Shown: positions 51,701 through 64,000 of the stretch, in pieces
Numbering within the stretch: the first letter of the stretch is position 1
Layout of the letters: each line of letters starts with the position of its first letter
NCBI GenBank assembly: GCA_964016885.1
Contig: OZ024740.1
Span: 178,560,001-178,624,000 of the forward strand
Direction: 5' to 3'
Length of the DNA stretch: 64,000 bases
Origin: Eledone cirrhosa
Lineage: Eukaryota
The notes under the pieces: generated by a model
The model's input: only the letters and a program-made list of their open reading frames with translations
What the model was told of the DNA's origin: nothing
Database searches by the model: none
Made by a program: the position numbers and the translations under genes

Positions 51701-52815
51701 TGATTATAAAACCAATTCATAAATTTACTTCCTTTGCGAACGTTGATAAAATAGACGCGGATCTGAATCAACGAGGGAGTCTATATGTGGTCATTTAAAC
51801 TGCTAAAATAGTAACAGCTTCACATCACAAAATATTGTTTTAAAGCTAGATGTTTATCCTGGATAATGTATAATTATAATTTTGTTTATTTTAATCTTTA
51901 GCTCCGGATAAAGATACTAGTTATGTCTAGCAGTAGATTTTCTAAATTGTTTCCTGTATAAATGTACACACCTCACTCGATGAATTAATATTCTATAAAA
52001 GGGTCAATACAAAAGGTTCTGACAAATTAGAAATGGCAAGTAAGTGTTGCTCAAAAAACAGTGTACTGTCTTAAATGAATAAATATCAATTGCATAATGT
52101 AGTCCTGGATAGTATAACCTGCAGACCAGGTAAAACGATCGCGACTGGAGTGTTTTGATCATAAATTAGATTTTTGAAAACAAAACTTTGGATTAACCAA
52201 AATAAAGAACAATAATAGTTGATAGATAATATAACACATCCACCAACAAAGATTAGCCACTCATCAGCTACATGGTGTATACAAGGGTTGACTTGTATAC
52301 AACATAAAGTCCATAGTCTGACCGAGATACTCGCATGGAATTACCAAAAGAGTTTTATTTTTCAACATAATAGCTTGAAAGAAACAATGCAATTATTAAT
52401 AAAAAGAGTTAAAATTAATGCAAGCAAGATTTTACAGCCCTAACATCAATGCTTCATAGTCATTCTATGCTGACCCTAGTGTACCAGCCGACCCTAGTGT
52501 ACCGTGGTATTTCTATGTTCAGCATGAACATTCATGATATATCCACCAATATCATTTCCCAGTTCACTGCTAGCCGGTCAGGATAATGAGCAATTTATGG
52601 GAACATAAACCAAGATCAATTTTGAATGTATATCTTAATAACTTTGAAGTCAAGCTGGTTTTATGAAAAAATACATATGCTGAATTAGATATCATTGTGG
52701 TTGCTCATATCTATTTAGGTGTGATTATATGTATAGTACACACACTCACACGCAAACACGAACTGACACATGGAAAACAATATACATAATTATACAATAT
52801 TTTTGATGTACATGA

Positions 52816-52846
<31 letters not shown>

Positions 52847-52899
52847 CTTCGTGTTTGTATTGTTTTTCAAGGGTTTTTATCTGAAAACAGATATAGATA

Positions 52900-53295
52900 T
52901 ACTTTGGGAGGGTCAAGTTGCCAATAAAAACACACGCACCTGTTAGTTTTCACTTCAATTTATAATAAACTTCCAGTTGGTTAGTTTAATAATCGGATGG
53001 TTGATTATTTGCTTATTGTGAAAGCTCGTTTGTCACACATTCTGTAACCTCCTCAGAGACTAATTTCTTATTTTGTGACAAAAACAAGCTTGTGTAGGAC
53101 AGAACAAAGGAGTAACACAAAATAACAAATTAGTCACTGAGGAGGTCACAGAATGTGTGAGGAAAGAGCTTTGATAATAAAAAAATAAACAACCATCTGG
53201 CTATAAAGCTAACCAACTGGAGGTTTATTATATGTTGAGGTGAAAACCGAGAGGTGCGTGTGTTTTTATTGACAGCATGACCCTCCCAAAGTATA
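52900..53295. mobile_element. Inverted pair of pLTR-like units (13790/38045 family)
   Basis: 52900-53077 and 53115-53295 are diverged inverted arms, each with a hammerhead remnant. Confidence 0.8.
53133..53175 (+). ncRNA. Minimal type I hammerhead (38198 family)
   Basis: GTCA-CTGAGGA-G-GTCACA(GAATG)TGTGAG-GAAA-GAGC-TT-TGAT; the basal stem II pair is mutated. Confidence 0.6.
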
Positions 53296-56200
53296 ACACT
53301 ATTATAGATTGTTATACTTAAGATGTGCCTGTGTGGTGCTGATATTATTTATTTGTTCTGCCTTATAGTAGGCATAAGATTTTCGTAGGTGCCTATGTAT
53401 GCTTGAGTGTGTGTTTAATTTGAGTTAGTGTTGTAACTGCTTGTTTTGCGAAACACTTAAAATACGTTAAACTACGAGCGGTGTAAATGTTGATATGATA
53501 ATGTTTTGATTGAGATGAATTCTAGTACTACAGAGTCAAAAGGCGTAGGTGGTGTTTGTGTGTATATGTGTATATATATGGTACATAATGTATTTGTATG
53601 TATGTGGATTTATAAGTGTGTGTTAGCGATGGTTTGTGTGTGGTGGGGATAACATTTTTGTAATTGTTGTTTGTATGTATGTATGTTTATATATATATAT
53701 ATGTGTGTGTGTGTGTGCACGTCTGTGTCTGTTGATATTCGTGAAGTTAGCTACAAGTAAGAAAAAGTATTAAATAAAGCAGGAAATACGTACATATAAC
53801 ATATTTGTTTCATTTTAAAGGAATACTAATCGAAGAGGATTGATTAAAGAGGTGATGGTATTTACTTTGTGGAGGCGATTAGTAAATATGAGTAAGAATT
53901 AATGCAAAACAAGATGATATTTTGTAAACTATGATGGTTGGAGCAGATGTTAAATATCACTTAACAAATAAGAACTAGGGAATAAATTAAGAAGAAAGGG
54001 GGTGGTATGAACTTGAATTAAATAAGAAGGATGGAAAATAGGAAGTGAAATATATGTTAGTGTACGATAACGGTCTACCGGAAGTTACTTGATGACAAGA
54101 GAGATAAATCAAGAAAGCTTAGAAATCATCGTTCAAGATGTTGCGAAAGATAACTGAAAGGAGATTAAAGATTTTTAATAGATGAATGATTAATTTAAAG
54201 CTGAAATCGAATATGGTGTGAAGTTGAATATGAGCAAAGGAGCGTAATTAAGGTGTAGCTGAGGTCAAGAATTAATATTTGTGGTGAGAAGTAATTGAGA
54301 CGTGTGTGATATATTATTTGGAGTTCAATGTTTAAATGAAACAAGCAGAAGACATACATTAATATTGAGAATTACGTTAACATTAAGTACTTATGGCTGC
54401 AAATTGATATCAGGTGGGAGTAAACAACACAAAATGAAAAAGGTCAAATTATATAAATGACTGAAATTAGAATGACAAAAAGATATTGAATGTAGTGGGA
54501 ATATCACATTTATCTAAACTGAAAAGATAATAGAATACGACAAAAATATAAAAATGAATTATAGCAAGACAACTGACTGTCTAGTTGTCTTGATAACTGG
54601 CTAATTGTATAATAGAAAATCGAGAAATAAAAGCCTCGTTAAAGAAAATATGGTTAGGTAATGAATGAAAAAGAGTATACACTCTTATTCATTTACTATA
54701 TTTTCTGTTTACTATATTCTCAATGTTAACTTATTATTCAAATCTAACTTTGCTTACCCGAGGATTCCTTTCATATACATCTTTGATATCCTTTCTTACT
54801 AGATCTTTTAAATTAATTCTTACTTTACAGCTAACCGTAATTTCACAGCCCATATGAAATTAAATATTTCCTTTTCTATAAATACATATTTTTTTACTAA
54901 TTTACTTTGATTTATTTTAAACCACCATCTGAATTCTTATCACATATCCATCCAGCCCCCTCTGATATAGTTTTTAACAGGAAGATGTGTGGTTGATGTA
55001 TATATATATTTTAAGGGGGCATTTCATACTTAATTACTCCTGCGTCGAAGGTCAACAATTTTTAGCAGTATTATATTTCACCAGTTTAGCAGAGTTATAG
55101 ATCTAGTGAGGTAATAGTTATAGCGCCATGAGTAACCAGTTTGGTAGAAAGATCATAGGAATGTCGCAACGACTTTAGCTTGTTTTACATTATTTATTAA
55201 CAAAGGTTGAGCTGAGTAGAGCTGAGTAGAGCTGACATGCCAAGATAAATAAAACAAACAAATTAAGAATTTCAGAAGGCACGGTCTACTGGCTGAAGTG
55301 TTGCAGGCCGTGGTTAAGTTGTTGTGTTACATATTGGCTAGTGATTTCACGGCGAAAGAAAAGCAGGTGTTTACCTTTCAACGGTTCAAGCAGCTTGAGA
55401 GAGATTTCTCGAATCGACGCGAGAATGTTTCCCTCAGGGCGCGTATAGATACATTCTCCTCAGCTGGCTGTCATTGGCTGGGCTGAGCCAAATAACGCAC
55501 GGAGAATGTATATGAGCCCGCAGAATGTAGGTCATTACAAGTTCATCCTTAGTTTTGTCACAATCCTTTGTCACTGTAGTTTTATTTTACATTTATTTGA
55601 AATATTTAAAAAGTCCTATCGCATTTTCGCGCAGATTCTTTTCGTTTTGAAGATCAAATCCTTCAGATCATTTTTACTGCGCGTTTTAAACATAGCTTAG
55701 ATACCATCGCAATTTTAACACGCTTTTTTCACCCTCGTCTCATTTTATGTAATAGATATAAGCAATCAATAATAATATGATTTTCAATATTAATCTGCTA
55801 TTTACACTTGTAGTTTCACATAAACCTTGTACAACTCTATCTCAAAATAACATATCAATACATCTTTTTTAGAATTAGTGACGAGTTTCAATCATTATAG
55901 TTCTGATCTATGCAACTACTCGGCACCAGGTGAACTTTACCTATGCCCCTTTGCCAATCAGTGACTACTCGATGCTTCATCTAATATTATTGATGCATTA
56001 CAATCAATTATTCAAAGTCAATTACCTGGATGTTTTTTTTCCACCTCATTGTTTCCCATTGTTTCCTCTATGTGTATCATCCATTATTTTCTTCCATATA
56101 GTAGGCAATGTTACCAACACTGGTTAGATTGCTATCGTGCACTGCAATCTCTTTTTCATGCACTAATTCACAAATGATCGGCTTCAATAAAAACAACACG

Positions 56201-56661
56201 AACTATTCGGCCTCTCCAATTGTAAAATTACACCATTTTCTACTTAATTATTACCAGCTCTTTGTTCCTTAATTTCCTTTTTTATTCCAGATAACTTATC
56301 TTCGATGGCATCTACTAACGTCCTTTAGAACGCTTCGATACACCCCTTTATACAGGGTTTACTCACCTCAGCAAAAGAGGTTTTAATATTAAATAATTAT
56401 ATATATGTACATATATATACAGAAAGAAATGTAACCAAGAATCTCCTAAACTACTGTATACTGATGTACAGATATGTAGCTTAGTTTGAAAGCTCTACCA
56501 AAATACTTCCCAGAGCATGGTGGGTCTAGAGATCTAATATTAGAAGCACTATTCTTTTTAATTGCTAGTAACGGTCTGCTTCGGATTAGTGTGGAAAGCC
56601 AACCGATTACCAAATGTCTACCAAATTTTACTCCAAAAGCTTTGATTTACTCAAGGCTACA

Positions 56662-56852
56662 CAATAATTGTTTCTACTTTTGGCACAAGGCCAGCAATTA
56701 TCCCAGTGCATTACTGGTGCTTTATTTTATCGACCCCACTAGGATGAAAGTCAAAGTTAATCTCGGCGGGATTTGAACTCAGACCATAAAGGGCCATAAC
56801 TCTTTGCTACAAAGCATGGCGTCAGACCCTCTACCGATACTGCCAATCCACC
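56662..56852 (-). mobile_element. Near-full-length tRNA-derived SINE
   Basis: Highly similar to 44415-44604. Confidence 0.87.
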
Positions 56853-57438
56853 ATGGTCGGTAAGCTGGCAAAAAATGTGAGATCACACTAAATATCAGCG
56901 CCTGAATATCAAGTAGTTTACACTTATATGACCCATTGCTGTTAGGTGGTAGCCGCTGTTGCAGCTATTGTTGTTTTGCATTATTAAGATCTGATTAACT
57001 GCACTTTTATGAAGAGACTTTCGGCTGTGATCCTCATGCCTATTTCTTAAACTATACCACTCGAGGTATAGTGTATTAAATAGTGTTCAAATATTTAGGT
57101 CTTTTCATATATCATTCAATAATACGCACAGGAAACTAACCGAAAACCTGGTTTATACAAGGATATGTATATACAATGATGTATGAAAAGGCCTAAATAT
57201 TTGAACAATATTTAATACACTATACCTCGAGTGGTATAGTTTAAGAAATAGGCATGAGAATCACAGCTGAAAGACTCTTCATAAAAGTGCAGTTAATCAG
57301 CTTTTAATAATACAAAACAACAGTAGCTGCAGCACCGGCTACAACCCAACCGTAATGGGTCATATATGTGTTAACTAATTGATATTCAGGCGCTGATATT
57401 TAGTGTGATCTCACACGTTTTGCCAGCTTACTGACCGT
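56852..57438. repeat. Long fold-back: arms of about 260 bp with a short spacer (MITE or inverted pLTR pair)
   Basis: CATGGTCGGTAAGCTGGCAAAA.. versus ..TTTTGCCAGCTTACTGACCGTG; arms at about 56852-57117 and 57175-57438. Confidence 0.85.
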
Positions 57439-58206
57439 GATATACACTAAGGGAAATAATAAAAGGAAAGATTAATATTCGCAAAAGAAAAAGAAAATTG
57501 TCGTTTTTGAAGGATCAATAGCATAATTAAACACAAACATCGCCCTAGGAAGCAAATATTGCACAGATTATTTTCATCGTAAAAGAAACAGCAGAAAATG
57601 GTGGCTTTACATTTTTCTTTTTCCCATACGCTATCATTTCTGATTAGTGGGTAGAGCAATGAAATAAAATAGGTGGGATGTACAATGGGGTGGTTAAAGC
57701 TTTTACTACTGTCTAACTGTCAAACACAGAAGCATGCTTATACAGGCATAAATATATATAATACTGACTTCATGTACACTGAAAGGAATACGAAAGAAAT
57801 ATGTAATGATAGAATAAACATATATCTCAGGACAGAACATATTCTTTCATCTTGGATTCAAGAAAGTAAAAGACAAATTGAGTCATAACATTTTGTCTCC
57901 TATTTCCCCCATTTTCATTCATATCCGTATATTCTTGGTAATATTCTGGGGTTTTTTTATAATTTTTTTTATAGATATATAATATTCGTATTCTATTTCG
58001 TTTCCTATCAATATCATATAGCGCTGAGCAAAAATATAAACACATTTAAGAATGAATGAAATAAATCTAGATCTTTTATCAAATGACAAGCATGGTTAGC
58101 TTTGTTTTCAGAAATCTATGCGGCGATGATAACCATTATTTACATAGACATATTTCATTACTTATATGTTTACATACATGCACACGCGTGCACACACACA
58201 CATACA

Positions 58207-58317
<111 letters not shown>

Positions 58318-58360
58318 TCATCCATACATATATATATAAATATACATACAAATATATATG

Positions 58361-58428
<68 letters not shown>

Positions 58429-58478
58429 CATTCATCCATACATATATATATAAATATACATACAAATATATATGTATA

Positions 58479-58520
<42 letters not shown>

Positions 58521-58534
58521 TCCCCCCCGTCAAA

Positions 58535-59061
58535 AGAGATCTGGGACTTGTCTATTTCTACTCACTTTCCGTTGCTTAAACCCTTTTGTTGTTACTCTAG
58601 CGTCCCCCTTTATTTACGTGTCCCAACGACTTTTTTTAGCCGTTGTTCGCACCAACCTGAGGCATATGGCCCTTAAAGCGATGAAATGCCGAGGACGGTT
58701 GGAGGGTCACTGATGAAGGACTCACTTTTTCATATGTATCCCATTTGCAACGCCGCAGCTCCATTATTATCATCATATTTACACATATTACTTTTCCATG
58801 CTGCCTGTCTGTTTCGTTCCTTGTATCTTTACCACTTCTAGCAGTCTCCCTCTCTGTTACTCTCTCCTCAACTTTCACTCACTCATTCTCTGTCACTACC
58901 TCTCCTCCTCCTCCTTCCTCCTCCTCCTTCAAGTTTGACCTGTGTGTAATTCTTTTCTCGCGCAGTCTTGACCGAGCTGGTATGGAATTTTTTTCTCTCT
59001 GTCTTTCGTCTGCGACTTCACAAAACTTGCGTTTACCGAATTCGTAGACCAGACCACCTTA

Positions 59062-59092
<31 letters not shown>

Positions 59093-59475
59093 CTTCTTCT
59101 TCTTCTTCTTCTTCTTCTTCTTCTTCTTCTTCTTCTTCTTCCTCTTCTCTCCTTTTTCTTTCTCTCTCTCTCTCTTTCCCCCCCCCCGTAAAACTTGGGC
59201 GAAATTCTTTCCTTGCTCACATTTCTACCAGGTTCGATGGTCTTTCGTCTCTTGTTCACGATTTCACAGAGTTTATATTCATAGAGATCTGGGACTTGTC
59301 TATTTCTACTCACTTTCCGTTGCTTAAACCCTTTTGTTGTTACTCTAGCGTCCCCCTTTATTTACGTGTCCCAACGACTTTTTTTAGCCGTTGTTCGCAC
59401 CAACCTGAGGCATATGGCCCTTAAAGCGATGAAATGCCGAGGACGGTTGGAGGGTCACTGATGAAGGACTCACTT

Positions 59476-59481
<6 letters not shown>
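58535..59481. repeat. About 200-bp identical direct repeats, period 748 bp (partial tandem, pLTR-like)
   Basis: AGAGATCTGGGACTTG...GGACTCACTTTTTCATAT at 58535 and 59283; flanked by (CA)n and (TA)n. Confidence 0.9.
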
Positions 59482-59544
<63 letters not shown>

Positions 59545-60265
59545 TATATGCATAGTATAATTGTGTAGACAATGGTCGAACTTGTCTGTTCCTCAAAACG
59601 TATTTGGGTGCAGGTTAGCAGTATTTAGGCATTTGGTGGAATTGTGTAACCTTTTCAGAATGTTCATCTTTCTCCCGTATACGTAAGATATCGAGCGATT
59701 TGATAGAGAGATTCGTGCCACTCTCTGTAAGTTTACACGCAAGGCTAACATGCTTGATGTTTATTCTCTTTAAAAAAATTCCAGAATCAATAAAATAATC
59801 TACCAGTAGAGTCGGCAAAATCGTTCTTCCCTTTGCCCACAGGTTGCTGGCCTTGTGCAAATTCTAGAAGAAAAAAAAGCCTTCTCTTTTCAGTACGGTT
59901 ACCTATCTAATATTCATTTGGCATGTATTTCTTGCGTTTTGTTTTAGAAAATGTTCTGGTCCTTATAGATATAAACATCTTGTCACATTGACCCGAAAAG
60001 AGCGAAAAGACTGAACAGTGTATCGTTTTTGTTTTGTCTCGTATCCATAGTATTTCTTCCCGAATAGCTTCCTCGGTTTAAGAGCAATTGTTGCACTGGG
60101 GAGAGTTGTGCTAACTAGAAACTGAAACTAATTAGTCACCCAGTAGACAGCAAAGGAGAGAGATATTTGCGTGTGTCCGTTTTCACCAAGAATTCACTAA
60201 CTTTCGTTTGTACTATGTGTTACTTTTGGACTTTACACGCACACACACAGACAGACAGACAGACA

Positions 60266-60371
<106 letters not shown>

Positions 60372-61262
60372 ATTGAACATTTGTGAATATATATGTATAG
60401 GTCTGTGTGTATGTGCATTTGCGTGTGTATGTAGAGTATTTTGATATTTATTTAGTTTTGTTTTTTAATTCATTACATTTGTTTGTTTGTTTTCCATATA
60501 TCTATTCAAAATGTTCGCTACTGTCAGCAATCAATTCTCGTTGATTATGTCAAGCTATTTCCACTCATCGATATTGGCCAATAGTGGAGTTTGTGTCTTT
60601 TTGCTTCTTATACAAAACTATGTTTATTAATTATATATGATGGGCATTGTATGGTAGTTTATGCATAATCTATATATTGGAGAATCTGAGAGTCTTTCAG
60701 TTTGACGCTTTTCTACAATTTCAGTTTCCAAGTTAATCTGTTGATCAGGGTCCGTTCCTGATTGCCTGTGGCTGTTCTTATATGCGGTATTGTAAGGGGG
60801 GGGGGAAGAGAATATATTTGTGTTACATACAAATATAGAAATTCTGTGTGCTCGTTCAGTGTTTATCGATGTTTTTGTTGTTCTTGTTGTTATTGTGTTG
60901 CTGTATTGTATAATATGTGTTCTGTTATTCTGTTTTGAGATTAGAATGGTGATCTTGGAATTTCTGGTAACCTAGCTGATGCGTTCACACCCGTGTGTGA
61001 CAGGGCTAATTTACCTGTTTCACAGGTATTTTTTAAATTGAGCTCCTTTTTTTTAGATAATGTAAGTATTCTTGCTTAATTATCTAAATTCCCTCTGTGT
61101 AATTTACGTTAAAATTTTATATTGGGGAATTTTTCATTGTTATTTTTTTGTTACATCCTCTGTTTTGTTTTTTACACGCAGAAATGCCCATTTGTACCGT
61201 CCTGTATTGTCCTGTACTATCCTTAATGTCTACTTTATGTAAACCCTTGTGGTTAATAAAGA

Positions 61263-61291
<29 letters not shown>

Positions 61292-61293
<2 letters not shown>

Positions 61294-64000
61294 TGCATTT
61301 ATCTTGCTTTATGTTTATACGAGTTATCACCAAGTCACAACCAGTGACCTCAAGAGACAACAAGGTCCGCCATGTTCAAGAAAGAACACACATATTCACA
61401 CATGCATCCTTAGTGTTTAGACTTGTGATGTACTTATATTGACAGGATCTTCCTTAGTATATGGGCAGTTCCCATTAGTACTATCTTTTGTATTTCTCCT
61501 ATACGCGGGTTTCCTGGGATTTGCGATAAGTAGTCGTTAGACCCCTTAGGTATCATTCCCAGAGCGCCTACAACCACTGGTATTGTTTTAGTTCTCAATT
61601 TCCACATTTTTCCAATTTCTATCTCCAGGTCCTTATACTTGCTCAATTTTTCAAATGTTTTTATAGATACATTCTTGTCTATTGGAACAGACATATCAAT
61701 TAGCAGGCATACCCTCCTTTGAAAGTCCTTCAATATTATATCAGGTCTATTTGCATCTATTTTTCGGTCTGTTTGGATGCTAAAGTTCCACAAGATTGAG
61801 ATGTGATCTTTTTCAAGTATGGGAGGTGGTTGATGCTCCCACCAATTCTTTTGATGGGGCAGGTCAAAATGCTTGCACATTATCCAATGTATGTATTGTG
61901 CAGCTCTGTCATGCCTGTTTAGGTATTCGGTTGGAGCTATAGGACTGCACATTGAAATTATATGGTCAATGGTCTCTGGTTGTTTTTTGCATACACGGCA
62001 TAATGGGCTGCACCCATTTTTTATTATGTTGGCTTGGTAATTTTTTGTTGGCAGACACTGATCTTGTGCGGATATAATCAGTCCTTCAGTCTCCGATTTC
62101 AGTCCAGAGGATGCCAACCACTGATGGGTTAAAGTTTTGTCAACATCAGGATTGTTAGCTCGCTCTGGGTATTTTCCATACAGAGGCATTTCTTGCCATT
62201 TCTTAGCCAGTTTCTGTAGCAGTTCTTTCTTTGCAGTTACTTTTACCTGCTTTGCTTTTTCTGTGTTTTCCATTTCAGCAGTAAATGGGACTTCTGAAAT
62301 TTGTAGTCCATTACTGTATCTTTGTGCATCTTTTGTAATGGAATATGATCTTTTGGTGCTTTCGTGTTTTAAAACGAGTTTGATCATCCAATCATGTGAT
62401 TCCCTTAGATATGTGGATAATCCAATTGTTGCAGTTTTCAACGCAATGTCTAACTGGATTAACCCACGTCCTCCTTCTTTCCTAGGGAGATATATTCTAT
62501 CTATGTCTGCCTTAGGGTGATGCATTCTGTGCATGGTTAAGAATTTTCGGATTTTTGTATCGAGCCTACGGATCTCTGTGCTTGACCAGTTGATGACATT
62601 GTAACTGTAGGTTACTACTGGTATGGCAAGCGTGTTTATGGCATCGATCCTATTCCTTGCATTCAATTCCGTTCTTAAGATTGCTCTTACTCTGCGGTAA
62701 CATTCCTTCCTTATCCTTTCCCTCATTGTCGAGTGCTTGATTCCGTCTCCTTCACAAACACCTAGATATTTGTAAGTTTGTTCTTGATCAAGCTCTCTTA
62801 TCACGTTCCCCCGATCAAGATTAATGTCTGAACTCTTCAGCAGCTTTCCTCTGGTGAACGTTGCTTTGGCGCATTTATCCAGTCCAAACTCCATTTTAAT
62901 GTCATCACTGAACTGCTTCACAGTGGATAATAGCCCTTGCAATTGTTCATCATTTTTTGCAAATAGTTTCAGGTCATCCATGTAGAACAGGTGATTAATG
63001 GTTTTGTCATAGACTCTATATCCATGTTTTGTTTCATTGAGCATTTTACTTAATGGTATAAGTGCGATGCAGAATAAAAGCGGTGATAAAGAGTCACCCT
63101 GAAAAATTCCACAATTAATGTTAACTTCTCCAGCTTCCAGTGATTTTGTTTCACTATTCAAAAGGAGTGTCGTTCTCCATGTCCTCATACTGAATGACAA
63201 AAACCTCCTGATAACGGGGGATATTTTGAAAATCTCTAAACATTTTTCAATCCAACTGTGTGGCAAACTATCAAATGCTTTTTTATAATCTATCCAAGCG
63301 ATCGATAGATTTTTGTGTCTATTATGACAATCTTCCAGTATCATTTTGTTAACCAGAAGCTGATCCTTACAGCCATATGAGCCTCGTTTACACCCTTTCT
63401 GCTCAATGGGAAATAGGTCATTTGTTATCAGGTGGTCATATGTGTATTCAGTTAGGACTGATGTTAAAATTTTATACATTGTGGTCAAGCAGGTTATCGG
63501 TCTGTAATTTTTGGGATTGTTTGTCTCATCATTCTTCGGTAGCAGGAATGTAATGCCGTTAACTAGCCATGATGGTATCTTTTCTGGCTCCTTAACTATT
63601 TCATTGTAAAGTTGGGCTAACAGCTCATGAGACTCTGTGAAGGCATTTATCCAAAAGTTTTGTATTTTGTCTTTTCCTGGGGATTTCCATTTGCTGGTTT
63701 TTCTTAGAGCCAAGCGCAGCTGTTCAACTGTTATATTTTCCCATGTTTGTTCTTCAAGGTGAGCTGTTTCTTTCATTTGTCTGTCTATCCATGGGGCATG
63801 TATGTTATGAACTTTTTCTTCGGCCCAGATCTTTTCCCAGAATTCTTGCACTTCCTCCTTGGGTGGTATTGATTTAGCAGTTATTGTTGACTTACCAATT
63901 TTTCTGTAGAAGTTTCTTTGGTTGTTTTTGAACATATTATTGTCCTTATAGAATCTAGATCGTTTTTCAAAGCGCCTTATACGAGCAGCTTTGGCCGACA
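61292..64000 (-). mobile_element. R4/Dong-clade non-LTR retrotransposon ending in (TAA)n, 5' part outside the window
   Basis: RT-RLE ORF, 3' UTR of about 140 bp, then (TAA)n at 61266-61292. Confidence 0.9.
61434..63998 (-). CDS. Reverse transcriptase + CCHC + restriction-like endonuclease; uninterrupted, N-terminus beyond the window
   Basis: KSPGKD, NYRPITCL, WIDYKKAFDS, GIFQGDSLSP, LFYMDDLK, YKYLG, GGRGL, CRVC..HIISMC, RHD, RPDII..LIDMSVP, KLSKYKDL; the frame stays open to the window edge (SAKAARIRRFEKRSRFYKDNN). Confidence 0.95.
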   Translation of the reverse strand, partial: SAKAARIRRFEKRSRFYKDNNMFKNNQRNFYRKIGKSTITAKSIPPKEEVQEFWEKIWAEEKVHNIHAPWIDRQMKETAHLEEQTWENITVEQLRLALRKTSKWKSPGKDKIQNFWINAFTESHELLAQLYNEIVKEPEKIPSWLVNGITFLLPKNDETNNPKNYRPITCLTTMYKILTSVLTEYTYDHLITNDLFPIEQKGCKRGSYGCKDQLLVNKMILEDCHNRHKNLSIAWIDYKKAFDSLPHSWIEKCLEIFKISPVIRRFLSFSMRTWRTTLLLNSETKSLEAGEVNINCGIFQGDSLSPLLFCIALIPLSKMLNETKHGYRVYDKTINHLFYMDDLKLFAKNDEQLQGLLSTVKQFSDDIKMEFGLDKCAKATFTRGKLLKSSDINLDRGNVIRELDQEQTYKYLGVCEGDGIKHSTMRERIRKECYRRVRAILRTELNARNRIDAINTLAIPVVTYSYNVINWSSTEIRRLDTKIRKFLTMHRMHHPKADIDRIYLPRKEGGRGLIQLDIALKTATIGLSTYLRESHDWMIKLVLKHESTKRSYSITKDAQRYSNGLQISEVPFTAEMENTEKAKQVKVTAKKELLQKLAKKWQEMPLYGKYPERANNPDVDKTLTHQWLASSGLKSETEGLIISAQDQCLPTKNYQANIIKNGCSPLCRVCKKQPETIDHIISMCSPIAPTEYLNRHDRAAQYIHWIMCKHFDLPHQKNWWEHQPPPILEKDHISILWNFSIQTDRKIDANRPDIILKDFQRRVCLLIDMSVPIDKNVSIKTFEKLSKYKDLEIEIGKMWKLRTKTIPVVVGALGMIPKGSNDYLSQIPGNPRIGEIQKIVLMGTAHILRKILSI

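Noticed and set aside
53017-53060. Minus-strand hammerhead copy of the 38198 family
   Set aside because: GAAA and stem I are mutated; counted only as part of the repeat.
54050-56350. Faint RTE-like peptide traces (YGVKLNMSK; DAIEDKLSG on the minus strand)
   Set aside because: Too short and degraded to delimit without an HMM search.
57240-57290. Possible hammerhead in the fold-back arm (GGC..GCY-GAAA)
   Set aside because: No acceptable core or stem I.
62137-62520. 127-aa plus-strand ORF
   Set aside because: Antisense shadow of the LINE ORF.

Overview
Gene-poor, AT-rich animal DNA made almost entirely of transposable elements and microsatellites ((TA)n, (CA)n, (TATG)n, (TAG)n, (GA)n, (TTC)n). 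The SINE family and repeat landscape suggest an octopus or other coleoid cephalopod (inference). No host protein-coding gene is supported; most ORFs in the track are microsatellite artefacts. Contents: two adjacent minus-strand Helitrons (1175-5742 and 5845-13411) with intact termini, decayed RepHel ORFs and 23-aa STPR-like N-terminal repeats; four decayed Penelope-like retroelements (RT + GIY-YIG); an uninterrupted R4/Dong-type RT-RLE LINE ORF that runs off the window end and terminates in (TAA)n; tRNA-type SINEs; and old RTE-like remnants. The main signal lies in the 100-700 bp islands between (TA)n tracts. They are pseudo-LTR or retrozyme-like units in tandem and inverted arrangements, and by eye they contain about 20 type I hammerhead ribozyme motifs from roughly a dozen unrelated-looking families. 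Three families share the compensatory U3-A8 core (UUGANAA instead of CUGANGA), one with stem I covariation between copies. All ribozyme calls come from manual base-pairing and are untested.
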